From positions 1,229,898 through 1,293,897 of the forward strand of contig CAXWPJ010000009.1 of assembly GCA_963664115.2 (NCBI GenBank): a stretch of 64,000 bases of DNA, in the 5' to 3' direction. This document shows, one piece after another, positions 49,354 through 59,252 of the stretch. The notes under the pieces are model-generated. The model saw only the letters and a program-made list of their open reading frames with translations. It searched no databases and was not told where the DNA came from. This stretch comes from Terriglobia bacterium (GTDB taxonomy: Bacteria > Acidobacteriota > Terriglobia > 20CM-2-55-15). The translations under genes and the position numbers were made by a program. How positions within the stretch are numbered: position 1 is the first letter of the stretch; every line of letters starts with the position of its first letter.

Positions 49354-50424
49354 ATGTCTTATCGAGTTCTTATTGCAGGGGCCGTTCTGTCTGTTCTGAT
49401 CGCATCCGCGTCACCGGCCGTGGTATCTGTCGCCGGCCAGACCCCAGAGGACGCCTTAACAGCGACGTGGCCTCCGCCCCCCACTACCTACACGCCGCCC
49501 CGTACGCCATGGGGCGATCCGGACCTGCAGGGCACATGGGACTTTCAGAGCAGGATCCCGATGGAACGACCCGAGCTTTATGAAGGGAAACCGGTTCTGA
49601 CGGACGAAGAATGGGCTGAATGGGAAGGGGTTAACAGGATTTCGAATTGGAACCAGCAGAACTTCGTAAGAGACCGGAGGACGTCGCTCGTTGTGGATCC
49701 TCCGGATGGGAGGATTCCACCGCTGTCGCCCGAAGGGGATGCGAGGGTGGAGGCGTATGAAGCTGTTCGGAATGCGCCTGGACGCGGTCCATACGATTCA
49801 TGGGAAGACTTCCGCACGATTGGGCGTTGCATCGCGGCACACACGCCACAGGGTCCGATGGGTTACAACAGTGCGGTGCTGTTTATGCAGTCGCCAGGCT
49901 GGGTGGTGCTGGTCCGCGAGCGATTAGACACTCGCGTCATCCCGCTTGACGGGCGCCCTCATCTGGATCCAGACGTCCGCCTGTGGAACGGGGACTCTCG
50001 TGGCTACTGGGAGGGGAGTACCCTTGTGGTGGAGACGAGGAATTTCACGGACAAGCAGATGGGGACCGGAATAATGAACCCAGCCAGTCGCCAGCCTGTG
50101 ACCGGATTCTTCCGGGACTTGCCGGCCACCGAGCCCGCGGCTTCAGCCGGACCATCCTTCATTCAAAGGGGAATCACCTTCGGGAATTTTGTTCTGACCG
50201 AACGTTTCGTACCCGTTAGCCCGACCCGGATGCACTATTACGCCACGCTCGAGGATCCGACCACGTGGACCCGACCCTGGACCTTCATGCTCCCCTGGGT
50301 GAAAGACGACAATTATCAGATACTCGAGTATGCGTGTGTCGAAGGAGAACTCAGCGTTGGCTCGGGCCTGGCCGCCGAGCGTATGAAAGAGGCGAGAGAG
50401 AGAGGCCGAAGAAGCCGCGAATGA
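49354..50424 (+). CDS. Exported hypothetical protein (PRTPWGDPDLQGTW family)
   Basis: Signal peptide; RTSLVVDPPDGRIP; GDSRGYWEGSTLVVET; EYACVEG. Confidence 0.8.
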   Translation: MSYRVLIAGAVLSVLIASASPAVVSVAGQTPEDALTATWPPPPTTYTPPRTPWGDPDLQGTWDFQSRIPMERPELYEGKPVLTDEEWAEWEGVNRISNWNQQNFVRDRRTSLVVDPPDGRIPPLSPEGDARVEAYEAVRNAPGRGPYDSWEDFRTIGRCIAAHTPQGPMGYNSAVLFMQSPGWVVLVRERLDTRVIPLDGRPHLDPDVRLWNGDSRGYWEGSTLVVETRNFTDKQMGTGIMNPASRQPVTGFFRDLPATEPAASAGPSFIQRGITFGNFVLTERFVPVSPTRMHYYATLEDPTTWTRPWTFMLPWVKDDNYQILEYACVEGELSVGSGLAAERMKEARERGRRSRE

Positions 50425-51187
50425 GGGACGGCAGTGATCGGAGCGGCCTGAAATGCAGTGAGGTCCCCCCAATATCCCCCACAGTAAAAAAGCCCGGCGG
50501 AAGTAGCAGAGCTGGCTGATTAAAACTATCCAGAGGAACCACTTAACGCTGCGCTGGCAAAGAATTTCCAGGGTGAGGTCGTAATCCACCGTGCGGAAGA
50601 ACCTTCCCAGATGGTGATCCACACCGCGGACAAAAATAGATCCAACCAGAAGGCCTATGGCCGCCAGACTCCAAGGCAGGTAGCGTTGGGAAATGTAGGT
50701 CTGGGCCTGGATGATCATTTCTTCAATCATGATAGATCCATTCTAAGTTGACGTTCCCCAGTCGACCCTCGCCTCGCTCAATCAGCGGGCCATTCTCGTG
50801 CCATCGTACTCCCTTTTCGCCGGTTGTGTTGTCGTGGGCCAACGTTCCGTTGAGTCGCGTTTCCTCTTCGATCTTGGTTTCGATCCTGAAGTGTCCCTGG
50901 CTCGCTATTTCCGACCCCTACGACAACGCAGCCTGTTGCACTGTCAAACGATACGTTGTCGAACCGCATGCCCTCCGGATTCGATATTTTTCCGGTGACC
51001 AAATCGGCATCGTCATCGACGGCGAATCGAAAAGTGACAGCCTCTCGCACACCGCCGTCGGTTACTCTAATGTCCGGACCGGGTGCCTCTCAGGTTGTTG
51101 GTCTGGGCGAATGCGGGGCGTACGGTCAGAAACAGGGATATGGAGATAACGTGTAAGAATCGGACAATCGGGGTTGGATACGTCCTT

Positions 51188-52558
51188 CTACGATTCTTCC
51201 GGTCTGACCAGATCGGAACGGGTCAACCGGATTCGATCAAAGCTGTCCGACGAGATGACGTAGTACCATTCGGCAAAGCGGGCGTTCAATTCCTCGGACC
51301 GCTGGCGGCTGGCTTCCTGTCGAGTCTCCCACTCTTCATGGGTGTCCTGTAGTTCCTTGTTGCTGCGATCCGGGTCGGACCATTCGGCTTCGTCCATCCC
51401 GAGGTAATCAGTGTTCGCCGGTCGAGGGGGCTCGGGAATCATCGCCGAGTCGAACGACGCAGTCATGAATAAGTAACGATTTTCTCCCGGACCGCTTTCA
51501 GCATCGTTGCTCAAATCGTTACCGGCACTAATGGCCTCGCCTTCACCATAAACGACTTCTCCAAATCGCAATGTGTAGACGACTCCGACGCGGTCTCGGA
51601 CTTCGAGTTCTCCTTCGTTCGAAACCAGTTGCCCGTCGACGGAGAAGTAATAACCTCGGCTCTGAAGCGAGAGCAGGTCGGCCTGCGTGATCTGCAATCC
51701 ATCGGCAAGCTGGCTTAGGCTATCCGACAACCCGTCCGGTTTGGGTCGGACACCGACAATAGATAAAGTGTCGATCGCGCCCAATAGATCGTTCATTTTG
51801 GATGAATCCACTTCTTCGTTGGCAGCCATCTGGTTAGCGATCCAGCTGCTGTCATCCTCGTCCCGATCCAGAATCAACGTGTCCCGGCTGTTCAGGATCC
51901 CGGACCTTTCATTGATGGAATAGTCTTTGAGTATGATCTGTCCGATTTCGTTGCGCACCAGCCCCAGCAGATCCTGTTCAATCCAGTCCGAAAATTGTGT
52001 CGAGAGATTGAGATCCATCCTGGATACATACACACGCTTTTGATCCGGAAGGCGGACGAATCGGAGGTTGTCCCTGCCTTCCACCGGGTTGCCGACGATC
52101 AGATCCGCCAGGACGTTGTTTTGTGCGTCCCGGAGCGTGATGCGCTGGCCACGTCCAGATAGGCTGGTGGACGTCTCATCCAGTGGCCCGATGACACCCA
52201 GTGCCTCGTGGTCGGCGACATTGTTAGAGCGGTAATCGTCTTTGACGATCCCGATCAAACCCGCAGCAGTTTCTGCGAGCCTGTCCGCGCCATCGGCCGC
52301 GTAGCCGTGGTGGGATGGAATCGTCCAGCGTCCGTTCCTGAAGGTGACCTGAAACGGCCGCGCGGTTGCGGTTTCTCCATCGAATTCGATGACTTCCAAT
52401 GTCGTTGCGACATTTGGATCCGTGAATTCCGGGAAAAACGTTTCGCCTTGATCCAGGAAATCATCCGGCGTTGTCCGCTGGGGTGCTGTGAGAAGGGCGA
52501 TCAGCAACAAAACGACGGCAACGCCTCCAAAAGCAGTAGTTTTTTGTGTTTCACTCAT
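51188..52558 (-). CDS. DUF4340 domain protein (Gld-like ABC accessory)
   Basis: N-terminal TM helix; WTIPSHHGYAAD; LADLIVG...FVRLPDQKRVY; overlaps the upstream gene. Confidence 0.8.
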   Translation of the reverse strand: MSETQKTTAFGGVAVVLLLIALLTAPQRTTPDDFLDQGETFFPEFTDPNVATTLEVIEFDGETATARPFQVTFRNGRWTIPSHHGYAADGADRLAETAAGLIGIVKDDYRSNNVADHEALGVIGPLDETSTSLSGRGQRITLRDAQNNVLADLIVGNPVEGRDNLRFVRLPDQKRVYVSRMDLNLSTQFSDWIEQDLLGLVRNEIGQIILKDYSINERSGILNSRDTLILDRDEDDSSWIANQMAANEEVDSSKMNDLLGAIDTLSIVGVRPKPDGLSDSLSQLADGLQITQADLLSLQSRGYYFSVDGQLVSNEGELEVRDRVGVVYTLRFGEVVYGEGEAISAGNDLSNDAESGPGENRYLFMTASFDSAMIPEPPRPANTDYLGMDEAEWSDPDRSNKELQDTHEEWETRQEASRQRSEELNARFAEWYYVISSDSFDRIRLTRSDLVRPEES

Positions 52559-55272
52559 GTTTCATTCCTAGATCTCCGAGCCGCAGCAGCTCCTTCGCGT
52601 TCCTTTTTCCGCCGCCGCAGAAAGATCAGTACACCAGCAGCGAACACCGGCAGTGGAGGTAATAACACGGCAAAGGTTTTGATATTGTTCTGAATCTGGC
52701 GGATCTGGGCTTCCATGTCTTCTTCGCTGGCGTTGATCTTAGATTCTTTCTCGGCTTCGATGTTGGTCTGCAGCACTGCGAAGCGTCGGTTTTCGACTTC
52801 CTGGAGGTTGCGGGCCATGATCTGCTTTGTCTGGGCATCCAGATCCGTCCGTTGTGCGACCGCCCCAACCCGATCGCTGAGTGTTTGCTGGGCTTCTTCA
52901 AGTGCAAGCTGTGCGTCCGATTCGGCCTGCTCTTCACCGGCCACCCTGTCGTCAAGGAAGCCACGAACCTGCGCCTCAACCCGTTCCAGCGTCCGGTGGC
53001 GGGCCCGTTTGCTCCGCAATGAAATGAACGCCGTATCGTCGGTCAGAAGATCCATCGCGTTCAGGAAGAACGTGACATTGTCAAAGCTCAGGTCTGCCGG
53101 TGCTTGCTGGCGTATCTGAAAGAACTGTTCGGAGACAAAGTCGATGTCGGCGACAACGATCACGTTGATTTCCCGGGTGTCGGTCGAAGGCTCTGTGGTG
53201 TCGCTGGCTGCGTTTTGCTCCCTAACTTCTGCCTCGTCTTCGGGTATGGCTTCGGTGCCGCGAATGTGGGCGGCGAGAACGAAATCGCGCCCGTCAGGCC
53301 GGTGTGGCGCGTTCGGGTTAATCTGCATTCCGAATAGAGTCCTCTGGACAATCTGGACGTAGGGAAGCAAACCGGATTGAAAGCCGGTTCGCACGAGCGG
53401 ATGGAAGTCGAATCCCGAATTCGAAGCTTCGCTGATATGGCCCGGGTAGAGCAGAACCAACTCCTGCAGTTGTGAGCTGCTCAGATTTTCGCGGTCGAAC
53501 GTTAGTTCGTTCTCGTTACCCGGACCGACAAACACGATCTCCGGGGCCAGATGGGCCAGATCGGGATGCGGGTTGTAGGAGTCCCAAACTATTTCCCCCG
53601 AATTCCAGTTGACTCCAAGGGCAGTCAGGAAACCCTGGATGTTTCCCTTTTCTTGCGGCGGCGGGCCCGTATTGCCTGAGAATGGATTCGTATTGCCTCC
53701 CTGCTCGGAGGGCGCCAGCCCCACATTGACTATAGGCAGGGGATCCACCAACAGGAGCGCGGGTTTCCCGGTTTCGATATAGGCGCGGACCTGGTCCATT
53801 TCCTCCTGTGGCAGCGACGATGGCAGGATCACCAGAATCGCATCGAGATCGTCGTTGATGGGCCCGTCGGGCATGACCGTGACGATCTCGTACTGCTTCC
53901 TCAACTCGGCCACGACCGACCACTCCGTCGAGTTCTGCATCGTCTGGAAATCGATTCCACCCATGATTCGCAAACCAGTATCAACGATCCCGACTTTCTT
54001 GCGTTCGGTTTGTGCGACCACACGAATGCTGCGGGTCAGTTCGTATTCGGGCGAAAGACCACGATCGAGGAACGGAATGACCTGTTCCCTCGCGCCGGAG
54101 GTGAAAGCCACACCGAGAAATACATCAGCAAGGCTCGATCGGGCGCTGGTCAGTGTGGGCACCTGTCGTGGAGTGATTCCGAACTTCTCTCTCGCATCCC
54201 TCGCTTCCTGTGTAAACGGTTCCGTTTCTTCGATCAGAACCTGGACGCGGGAACCTGCAATCGAGTCGACTTCACGAAGCAGCCCGATCAAGTTTTCGCG
54301 AGCCTGAACATACTGTTCAGGAACTTCCGGGCTCACATAAGCCTGGATAAAGACCGGCCTGTCCTCAGGAATTTCGGCGATGAGACTCCGTGTCTCGTCA
54401 CTCAGGGAATGGAGTCGTTCGGCGGTGACATCCAGACGGATCGCGCCACGACCGATGACGGTGTTGACAGCCACCACGGCAACGATGAGGGCCGTCGCCC
54501 GGAGCGCATGGTGACCCCACATCGGCAGTCCATCGACACGGTGGGGCCAATGACGGCTGTCGAGCAGGAGGACATTGAAGTAGAGAGCCAGTGCACCAAG
54601 CGAAAAGAAATACAGAAGTCCAGAAAGGCTTACGATTCCCCGTGCAAAATCCTCAAAATGTCCTCCAACGCTGAGCGGAACGATCCATCGGCTCAGAGAC
54701 TCGCTGAACGAGATCGCAAGTGGGCCAAATGCCAACACGGCCGAAAACGCTGCTCCTGCAACGAACGCCACGGTCGCGTTCGTTGTAAGAAGCGATGCCA
54801 ACATGCCGACACCGATCATCGCCGCACCAACCAGCCAGTACCCCATGTAATTGCCGAACATCAATCCCAAGTCCGGGGAGCCCAGCCAGAAGAGAACGAG
54901 GACGTTGCTCAGCGAGAGAATCAGCGAGACGCTATATATGGCGAGCACGGCCAGGTACTTTCCGGCCACCACATCCAGACTCGTTGCCGGCAGCGTGAGC
55001 AGGAGTTCATCGGTGGACTGCTTCTTTTCCTCCGACCAGACAGCCATCGTCAACGCCGGGATGAAGAACACCAGAAGGTACGGGAATACCATGTTCAGTT
55101 GATCGAGATTGGCGAGATTGGCCTGGAAAAACCGGTCTTGCCAGAACGCGCCAGCCGCGCTCAGGAAAATGAACAGCGTAATGACAACGTAGCCGGTGGG
55201 ATTGGTAAAGTACTTCCACAGGTCCCGCCTGACCAGGGCGAGGATAAAACCTCCGTGAAGCTTGCTGGACAT
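52555..55272 (-). CDS. GldF-GldG-like fused ABC permease/auxiliary component
   Basis: PALTMAVWSEEKKQSTDELLLTLP; RLDVTAERLHSLS; EYELT; VIVVADIDF. Confidence 0.88.
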   Translation of the reverse strand: MSSKLHGGFILALVRRDLWKYFTNPTGYVVITLFIFLSAAGAFWQDRFFQANLANLDQLNMVFPYLLVFFIPALTMAVWSEEKKQSTDELLLTLPATSLDVVAGKYLAVLAIYSVSLILSLSNVLVLFWLGSPDLGLMFGNYMGYWLVGAAMIGVGMLASLLTTNATVAFVAGAAFSAVLAFGPLAISFSESLSRWIVPLSVGGHFEDFARGIVSLSGLLYFFSLGALALYFNVLLLDSRHWPHRVDGLPMWGHHALRATALIVAVVAVNTVIGRGAIRLDVTAERLHSLSDETRSLIAEIPEDRPVFIQAYVSPEVPEQYVQARENLIGLLREVDSIAGSRVQVLIEETEPFTQEARDAREKFGITPRQVPTLTSARSSLADVFLGVAFTSGAREQVIPFLDRGLSPEYELTRSIRVVAQTERKKVGIVDTGLRIMGGIDFQTMQNSTEWSVVAELRKQYEIVTVMPDGPINDDLDAILVILPSSLPQEEMDQVRAYIETGKPALLLVDPLPIVNVGLAPSEQGGNTNPFSGNTGPPPQEKGNIQGFLTALGVNWNSGEIVWDSYNPHPDLAHLAPEIVFVGPGNENELTFDRENLSSSQLQELVLLYPGHISEASNSGFDFHPLVRTGFQSGLLPYVQIVQRTLFGMQINPNAPHRPDGRDFVLAAHIRGTEAIPEDEAEVREQNAASDTTEPSTDTREINVIVVADIDFVSEQFFQIRQQAPADLSFDNVTFFLNAMDLLTDDTAFISLRSKRARHRTLERVEAQVRGFLDDRVAGEEQAESDAQLALEEAQQTLSDRVGAVAQRTDLDAQTKQIMARNLQEVENRRFAVLQTNIEAEKESKINASEEDMEAQIRQIQNNIKTFAVLLPPLPVFAAGVLIFLRRRKKEREGAAAARRSRNET

Positions 55273-55294
55273 GTTCTGCCTCTCCTTGGTTTAC

Positions 55295-56134
55295 CTAAGC
55301 GTTTTTACCCGCCTGATTCGACGGCGCGTCGTTCGGCGGAAGAGTCGTCATCCGGTAGAAAGGTTCTTCGAGTGAACCGTCTTTCTTGAGCTCCTCCAGA
55401 CCGCCGTCGAAAATCAACCTCCCGTCGTTGATGAACAGCACACGGTCAGCAACGGCGTCGACTTCCTGCAGGATGTGCGTGGATATGAGAATCGTTGTCG
55501 TTCGTCCGAGTTCAATGATGTTTTCCCGGAAGATACGCAGTTGGTTGGGGTCCAACCCGACCGTGGGTTCGTCCAGAATCAGGACATCAGGGTCGTGAAT
55601 CAAGGCCTGTGCCAAGCCGACACGCTGGCGATACCCCTTCGATAGCTTGCCGATCGGTTTGTCGAGCACTGTATCGAGCGAATAGCGTAACGCAACGACG
55701 TTGATCCGACGTTCAAGGTCCGGAGAGATCAGCCCCCGCGCTTGCCCGAAAAATCGGAGCAGTTCCAGGGGTGTCATGTCGAGATATAGAGGGCCGTTTT
55801 CTGGCAGGTATCCAAGCCGTTGTAAGGCCTCAATCCGACTCGTATGAACATCGTGGCCGGCAATCAATGCGCGTCCTCGGCTAGGAGCCATGTAACCGGT
55901 CAGAATCTTCATGGCCGTAGACTTGCCGGCTCCATTAGGACCCAGGAACGCAACAATTTGTCCCCGCGGGATCGTGAACGAAATGTTTTCGATCGCGACG
56001 AACGGACCAAAGTATTTCGTCAGCTCCTTGGCCTCGATCATCGGCTGTGTGTCGCTATTTTTTGAACTCGCTGCCATGCGTATGAAGCCTCCCGATATGC
56101 CGGAACGAAAGCTACTGCCCGTTCCCTCAATCAC
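55295..56134 (-). CDS. GldA-like ABC transporter ATP-binding protein (start may be downstream)
   Basis: GPNGAGKS, LSKGYRQR, ILDEPT, STH. Confidence 0.92.
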   Translation of the reverse strand: MIEGTGSSFRSGISGGFIRMAASSKNSDTQPMIEAKELTKYFGPFVAIENISFTIPRGQIVAFLGPNGAGKSTAMKILTGYMAPSRGRALIAGHDVHTSRIEALQRLGYLPENGPLYLDMTPLELLRFFGQARGLISPDLERRINVVALRYSLDTVLDKPIGKLSKGYRQRVGLAQALIHDPDVLILDEPTVGLDPNQLRIFRENIIELGRTTTILISTHILQEVDAVADRVLFINDGRLIFDGGLEELKKDGSLEEPFYRMTTLPPNDAPSNQAGKNA

Positions 56135-56597
56135 TGGTGGCCGATTCCGCCAAGATTTTCATTGCTGACGCCTGAAGGGCCTCGTCCAACAGGTCTTCTT
56201 CCTGACACGTGACCGCAGCCAAGTTCGACAGCCGTCGCCAGCTTGCAATCGAACTATCGAAATGGCCTATAGATTCCCCTCTGCACGGATGGGGCAATCA
56301 TGGATCTTCCGATGCTGCCAGCCTTGGAAACGGATTCGCGCCGAATCCGATCTAGTGCAGCCAGTTGGTTGCGGAGTTGATGAACCTACTGGCATGGCCG
56401 AACCCTAAACAGCTCGGAGACGCCGTAATCGTCGAGACCATTGGGCCGCTCTTTAATCACGTCGATAACCTTCTCCTATTTGGTGCAAACCGACTCCTGA
56501 GTGTCACCATACTGCCTCCGGGCGCTTCCGCCCATCTTTTCCCTTGGATCCAAGCCTACAATATCTTCCGGTCAGAATTCCATAGAGACAGCGGCGC

Positions 56598-57046
56598 ATG
56601 ACCTCAAGTGAGGAAGACTCCGAACCCGAATTGCTGTTGCGGAGTGAATTCACCGAGACCAATGTCCAATTATCACCCGACCGAAGTTGGGTGGCGCATC
56701 AGTACAATGAATCGGGTCAACCCAAGATCCATGTCCAACGGTTTCGGAAAGTGGACGATGGGCGGTTGAAGGTTTCAAACGCCGGTGGAGTTTTTCCTCT
56801 ATGGTTAGGTGATGGACAGAAGCTGTTTTACCTGGCAGCCGGACCTGCCCTCCTTATATATATAGCCGTACCTGTTGAGATGGACCCTGCGTTTGACGCC
56901 CAAAATCCTCTAGAGCTGTTTAAGTGGCTGTACTTCAAGGCAGATGAGGGTCGGACCTACGACGTGTCTCCAAACGGCCAGCGCTTTCTCGCCATCAATC
57001 CGGTTCCTCTTGAAACCGACGCAGATGCCTCGCTTCCGGATCTAGT
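56598..57046 (+). pseudogene. C-terminal propeller remnant of a Ser/Thr kinase, abutting IS1380 copy 4
   Basis: LSPDRSWVAHQYNESG...KVSNAGGVFPLW...YDVSPNGQRFL; degenerate relative to the 61352 kinase tail. Confidence 0.75.
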
Positions 57047-58893
57047 CCCTGAACAAGCGTGATTGACGAGGAAATGATAGTGCAATAAGAGCGGAAGTAC
57101 CCGAAATGCCCCCTCTCCGTGCGAAAAAAACCTTGAACAGATTCTTCGGAAAAGGAGGCATTTCAGATGAACGATTATACGCGCAAGAACATGAGGAACC
57201 GCAAGCGGCGAATCGAACGTCGGCTTGGGGACCGGCATTGGACGGATCAGGTAGAGCCGATGTTTTCGGCGAGCAACATTCAGTACGAGATGGGAGAGCG
57301 GACGCGGGGCACATCGGTTGGTGGTATCGGGACGATGCAACTGGTGGCGCGGCGGACCGGGCTGATCGAAGCCATCGACAAGGGCGTGCATGTGTTGAAG
57401 CGGCACCTGCCGTATCACGAGTCGGATCACGTGCTGAACATCGCCTACAACGCCTTGAGCGGAGGAACGTGCCTGGAAGACATCGAACTGCGGCGCAACG
57501 ATGCGGTGTATCTGGATGCGCTGGGAGCGCAACGGATTCCGGATCCGACGACGGCGGGAGACTTCTGCCGGAGATTCGAGGCCGACGACGTGGAGTGTCT
57601 GATGGAGGCAACCAATCAAGTCCGGCTCGGAGTCTGGCGACAGCAACCGGCGGCGTTTTTCGAAGAAGCGGTGTTGGACGCGGACGGGACACTGGCCGAA
57701 ACCACGGGGGAATGCAAGCAAGGGATGGACGTGGCCTACGACGGGACGTGGGGATATCACCCGCTGATGATCTCGCTGGCCAACACCGCCGAACCGCTGT
57801 ATCTGGTCAATCGTAGCGGCAACCGGCCGTCGCATGAAGGAGCCGCGGTCCGGTTCGACCAAGCCATCGCATTGTGCCGGCATGCGGGGTTTCGCCAGAT
57901 CCTGCTGCGCGGGGACACGGACTTCAGCCAGACCCGGCATCTGGACGGATGGGACGACCAGCAGGTGGGTTTCATATTCGGGATTGACGCGATGGCGAAC
58001 CTGAAGGCCCGGGCCGATGAACTGGAGCCGCGCCAGTGGAAGCGCCTGGAACGGCCCGCGAAATACGACGTGGCGACCGAACCGCGCCAACGTCCCGACA
58101 ACGTGAAGGAAGAGATCGTTCGGCAGCGCGGTTTCGACAATATCCGCTTGCAGGGTGAGGATGTGGCCGAGTTTCGGTATCGACCCGGAGCCTGCGATCG
58201 GGACTACCGTGTCGTCGTGGTGCGGAAGAATCTGTCGGTGGCCAAAGGAGAGCAGGTGTTGTTTGACGACATCCGGTACTTCTTCTACATTACCAACCGT
58301 TCGGATCCGGCCGACCAGATTGTGATGCGTGCCAATCAACGGTGCAATCAGGAGAATCTCATTGAGCAGTTGAAGAACGGCGTTCAGGCGTTGCGGATGC
58401 CGGTCGGAGATCAGACCAGCAACTGGGCCTACATGGTGATCGCGTCACTGGCCTGGACACTGAAAGCGTGGTTTGCATTGCTGCTTCCCGAAACCGGACG
58501 TTGGGGCCAAAAATATCAGGCTGAGAAGCAAACCGTGCTGCGCATGGAGTTCAAAACCTTCTTGAACGCTTTCATGCTTGTGCCGTGCCAACTCGTGCGC
58601 ACCGGGCGGCGCATTCTGTTCCGGATCCTGGCCTGGAACCGGTGGTTGCCGGTCTTGTTCCGCGGGGTGGATGTGTTGCGTCAGCCTCTGCGATGTTGAC
58701 CCGATCATGACTCTGAGCCCGGGCGATCGAGGTCCCGGTTTCTGTCAACCGTCCAACACCAGCGAGGCTGAACTGAAACAGATTCAACAGAAACTCGATA
58801 CCTGGAACAGGCCATCCGGGAACGGGATTCTATGCCTCGAATTCTATCGGCGCGAACTGGGCCTCGGCGGACTGGTTATGCGCTTGTTTTGGG
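57047..58893 (+). mobile_element. IS1380-family element copy 4
   Basis: TSD TCTAGT (57041-57046, 58894-58899). Confidence 0.95.
57167..58699 (+). CDS. IS1380-family transposase
   Basis: RBS AAGGAGG; 510 aa. Confidence 0.92.
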   Translation: MNDYTRKNMRNRKRRIERRLGDRHWTDQVEPMFSASNIQYEMGERTRGTSVGGIGTMQLVARRTGLIEAIDKGVHVLKRHLPYHESDHVLNIAYNALSGGTCLEDIELRRNDAVYLDALGAQRIPDPTTAGDFCRRFEADDVECLMEATNQVRLGVWRQQPAAFFEEAVLDADGTLAETTGECKQGMDVAYDGTWGYHPLMISLANTAEPLYLVNRSGNRPSHEGAAVRFDQAIALCRHAGFRQILLRGDTDFSQTRHLDGWDDQQVGFIFGIDAMANLKARADELEPRQWKRLERPAKYDVATEPRQRPDNVKEEIVRQRGFDNIRLQGEDVAEFRYRPGACDRDYRVVVVRKNLSVAKGEQVLFDDIRYFFYITNRSDPADQIVMRANQRCNQENLIEQLKNGVQALRMPVGDQTSNWAYMVIASLAWTLKAWFALLLPETGRWGQKYQAEKQTVLRMEFKTFLNAFMLVPCQLVRTGRRILFRILAWNRWLPVLFRGVDVLRQPLRC

Positions 58894-58996
58894 TCTAGTG
58901 GGGTGCGACAAAAGTTCCATCGACCAGCCTAGGAGGTTTAAGCCCCGCGCACTGGGACTCTGCCGGGTGATTCCATCACTGCACTCACAAGCGTGC

Positions 58997-59026
58997 TTGA
59001 CGTCACCCGCTGTGGGACTCTATTCT
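58997..59026 (+). promoter_or_regulatory. Possible sigma70 promoter
   Basis: TTGACG-N18-TATTCT upstream of a ~220-nt structured leader. Confidence 0.4.
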
Positions 59027-59252
59027 GACGTGGCGTCTGTCGTCGCAAAGCAATACCAACGCGGCGAACCTACCTAGGAGCGTCCCGGAGAAATAGTCCG
59101 GGGACCTCGGCAGTCACCGACAGCAAAGGGGACAAGTGTCCCATACCGCAATCAGGGCGGACCGCAGTGAGATCCGTCCCGCCGGTTTCGGCGTTCTTCC
59201 GATTATCGTCACGTCGCAATACGTGGTTCTTAATTTGGTACGAGGGGTGAAC

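Noticed and set aside
50143-51050. ORFs 50143-50730 and 50778-51050 (possible MscS-like N-terminal fragment and an unknown fragment)
   Set aside because: No diagnostic motif; the first overlaps the convergent gene. Probably decayed fragments that I cannot assign.
54010-55389. 459-aa plus-strand ORF and similar long overlapping ORFs
   Set aside because: Antisense shadows of well-supported genes in GC-rich DNA; no motifs.
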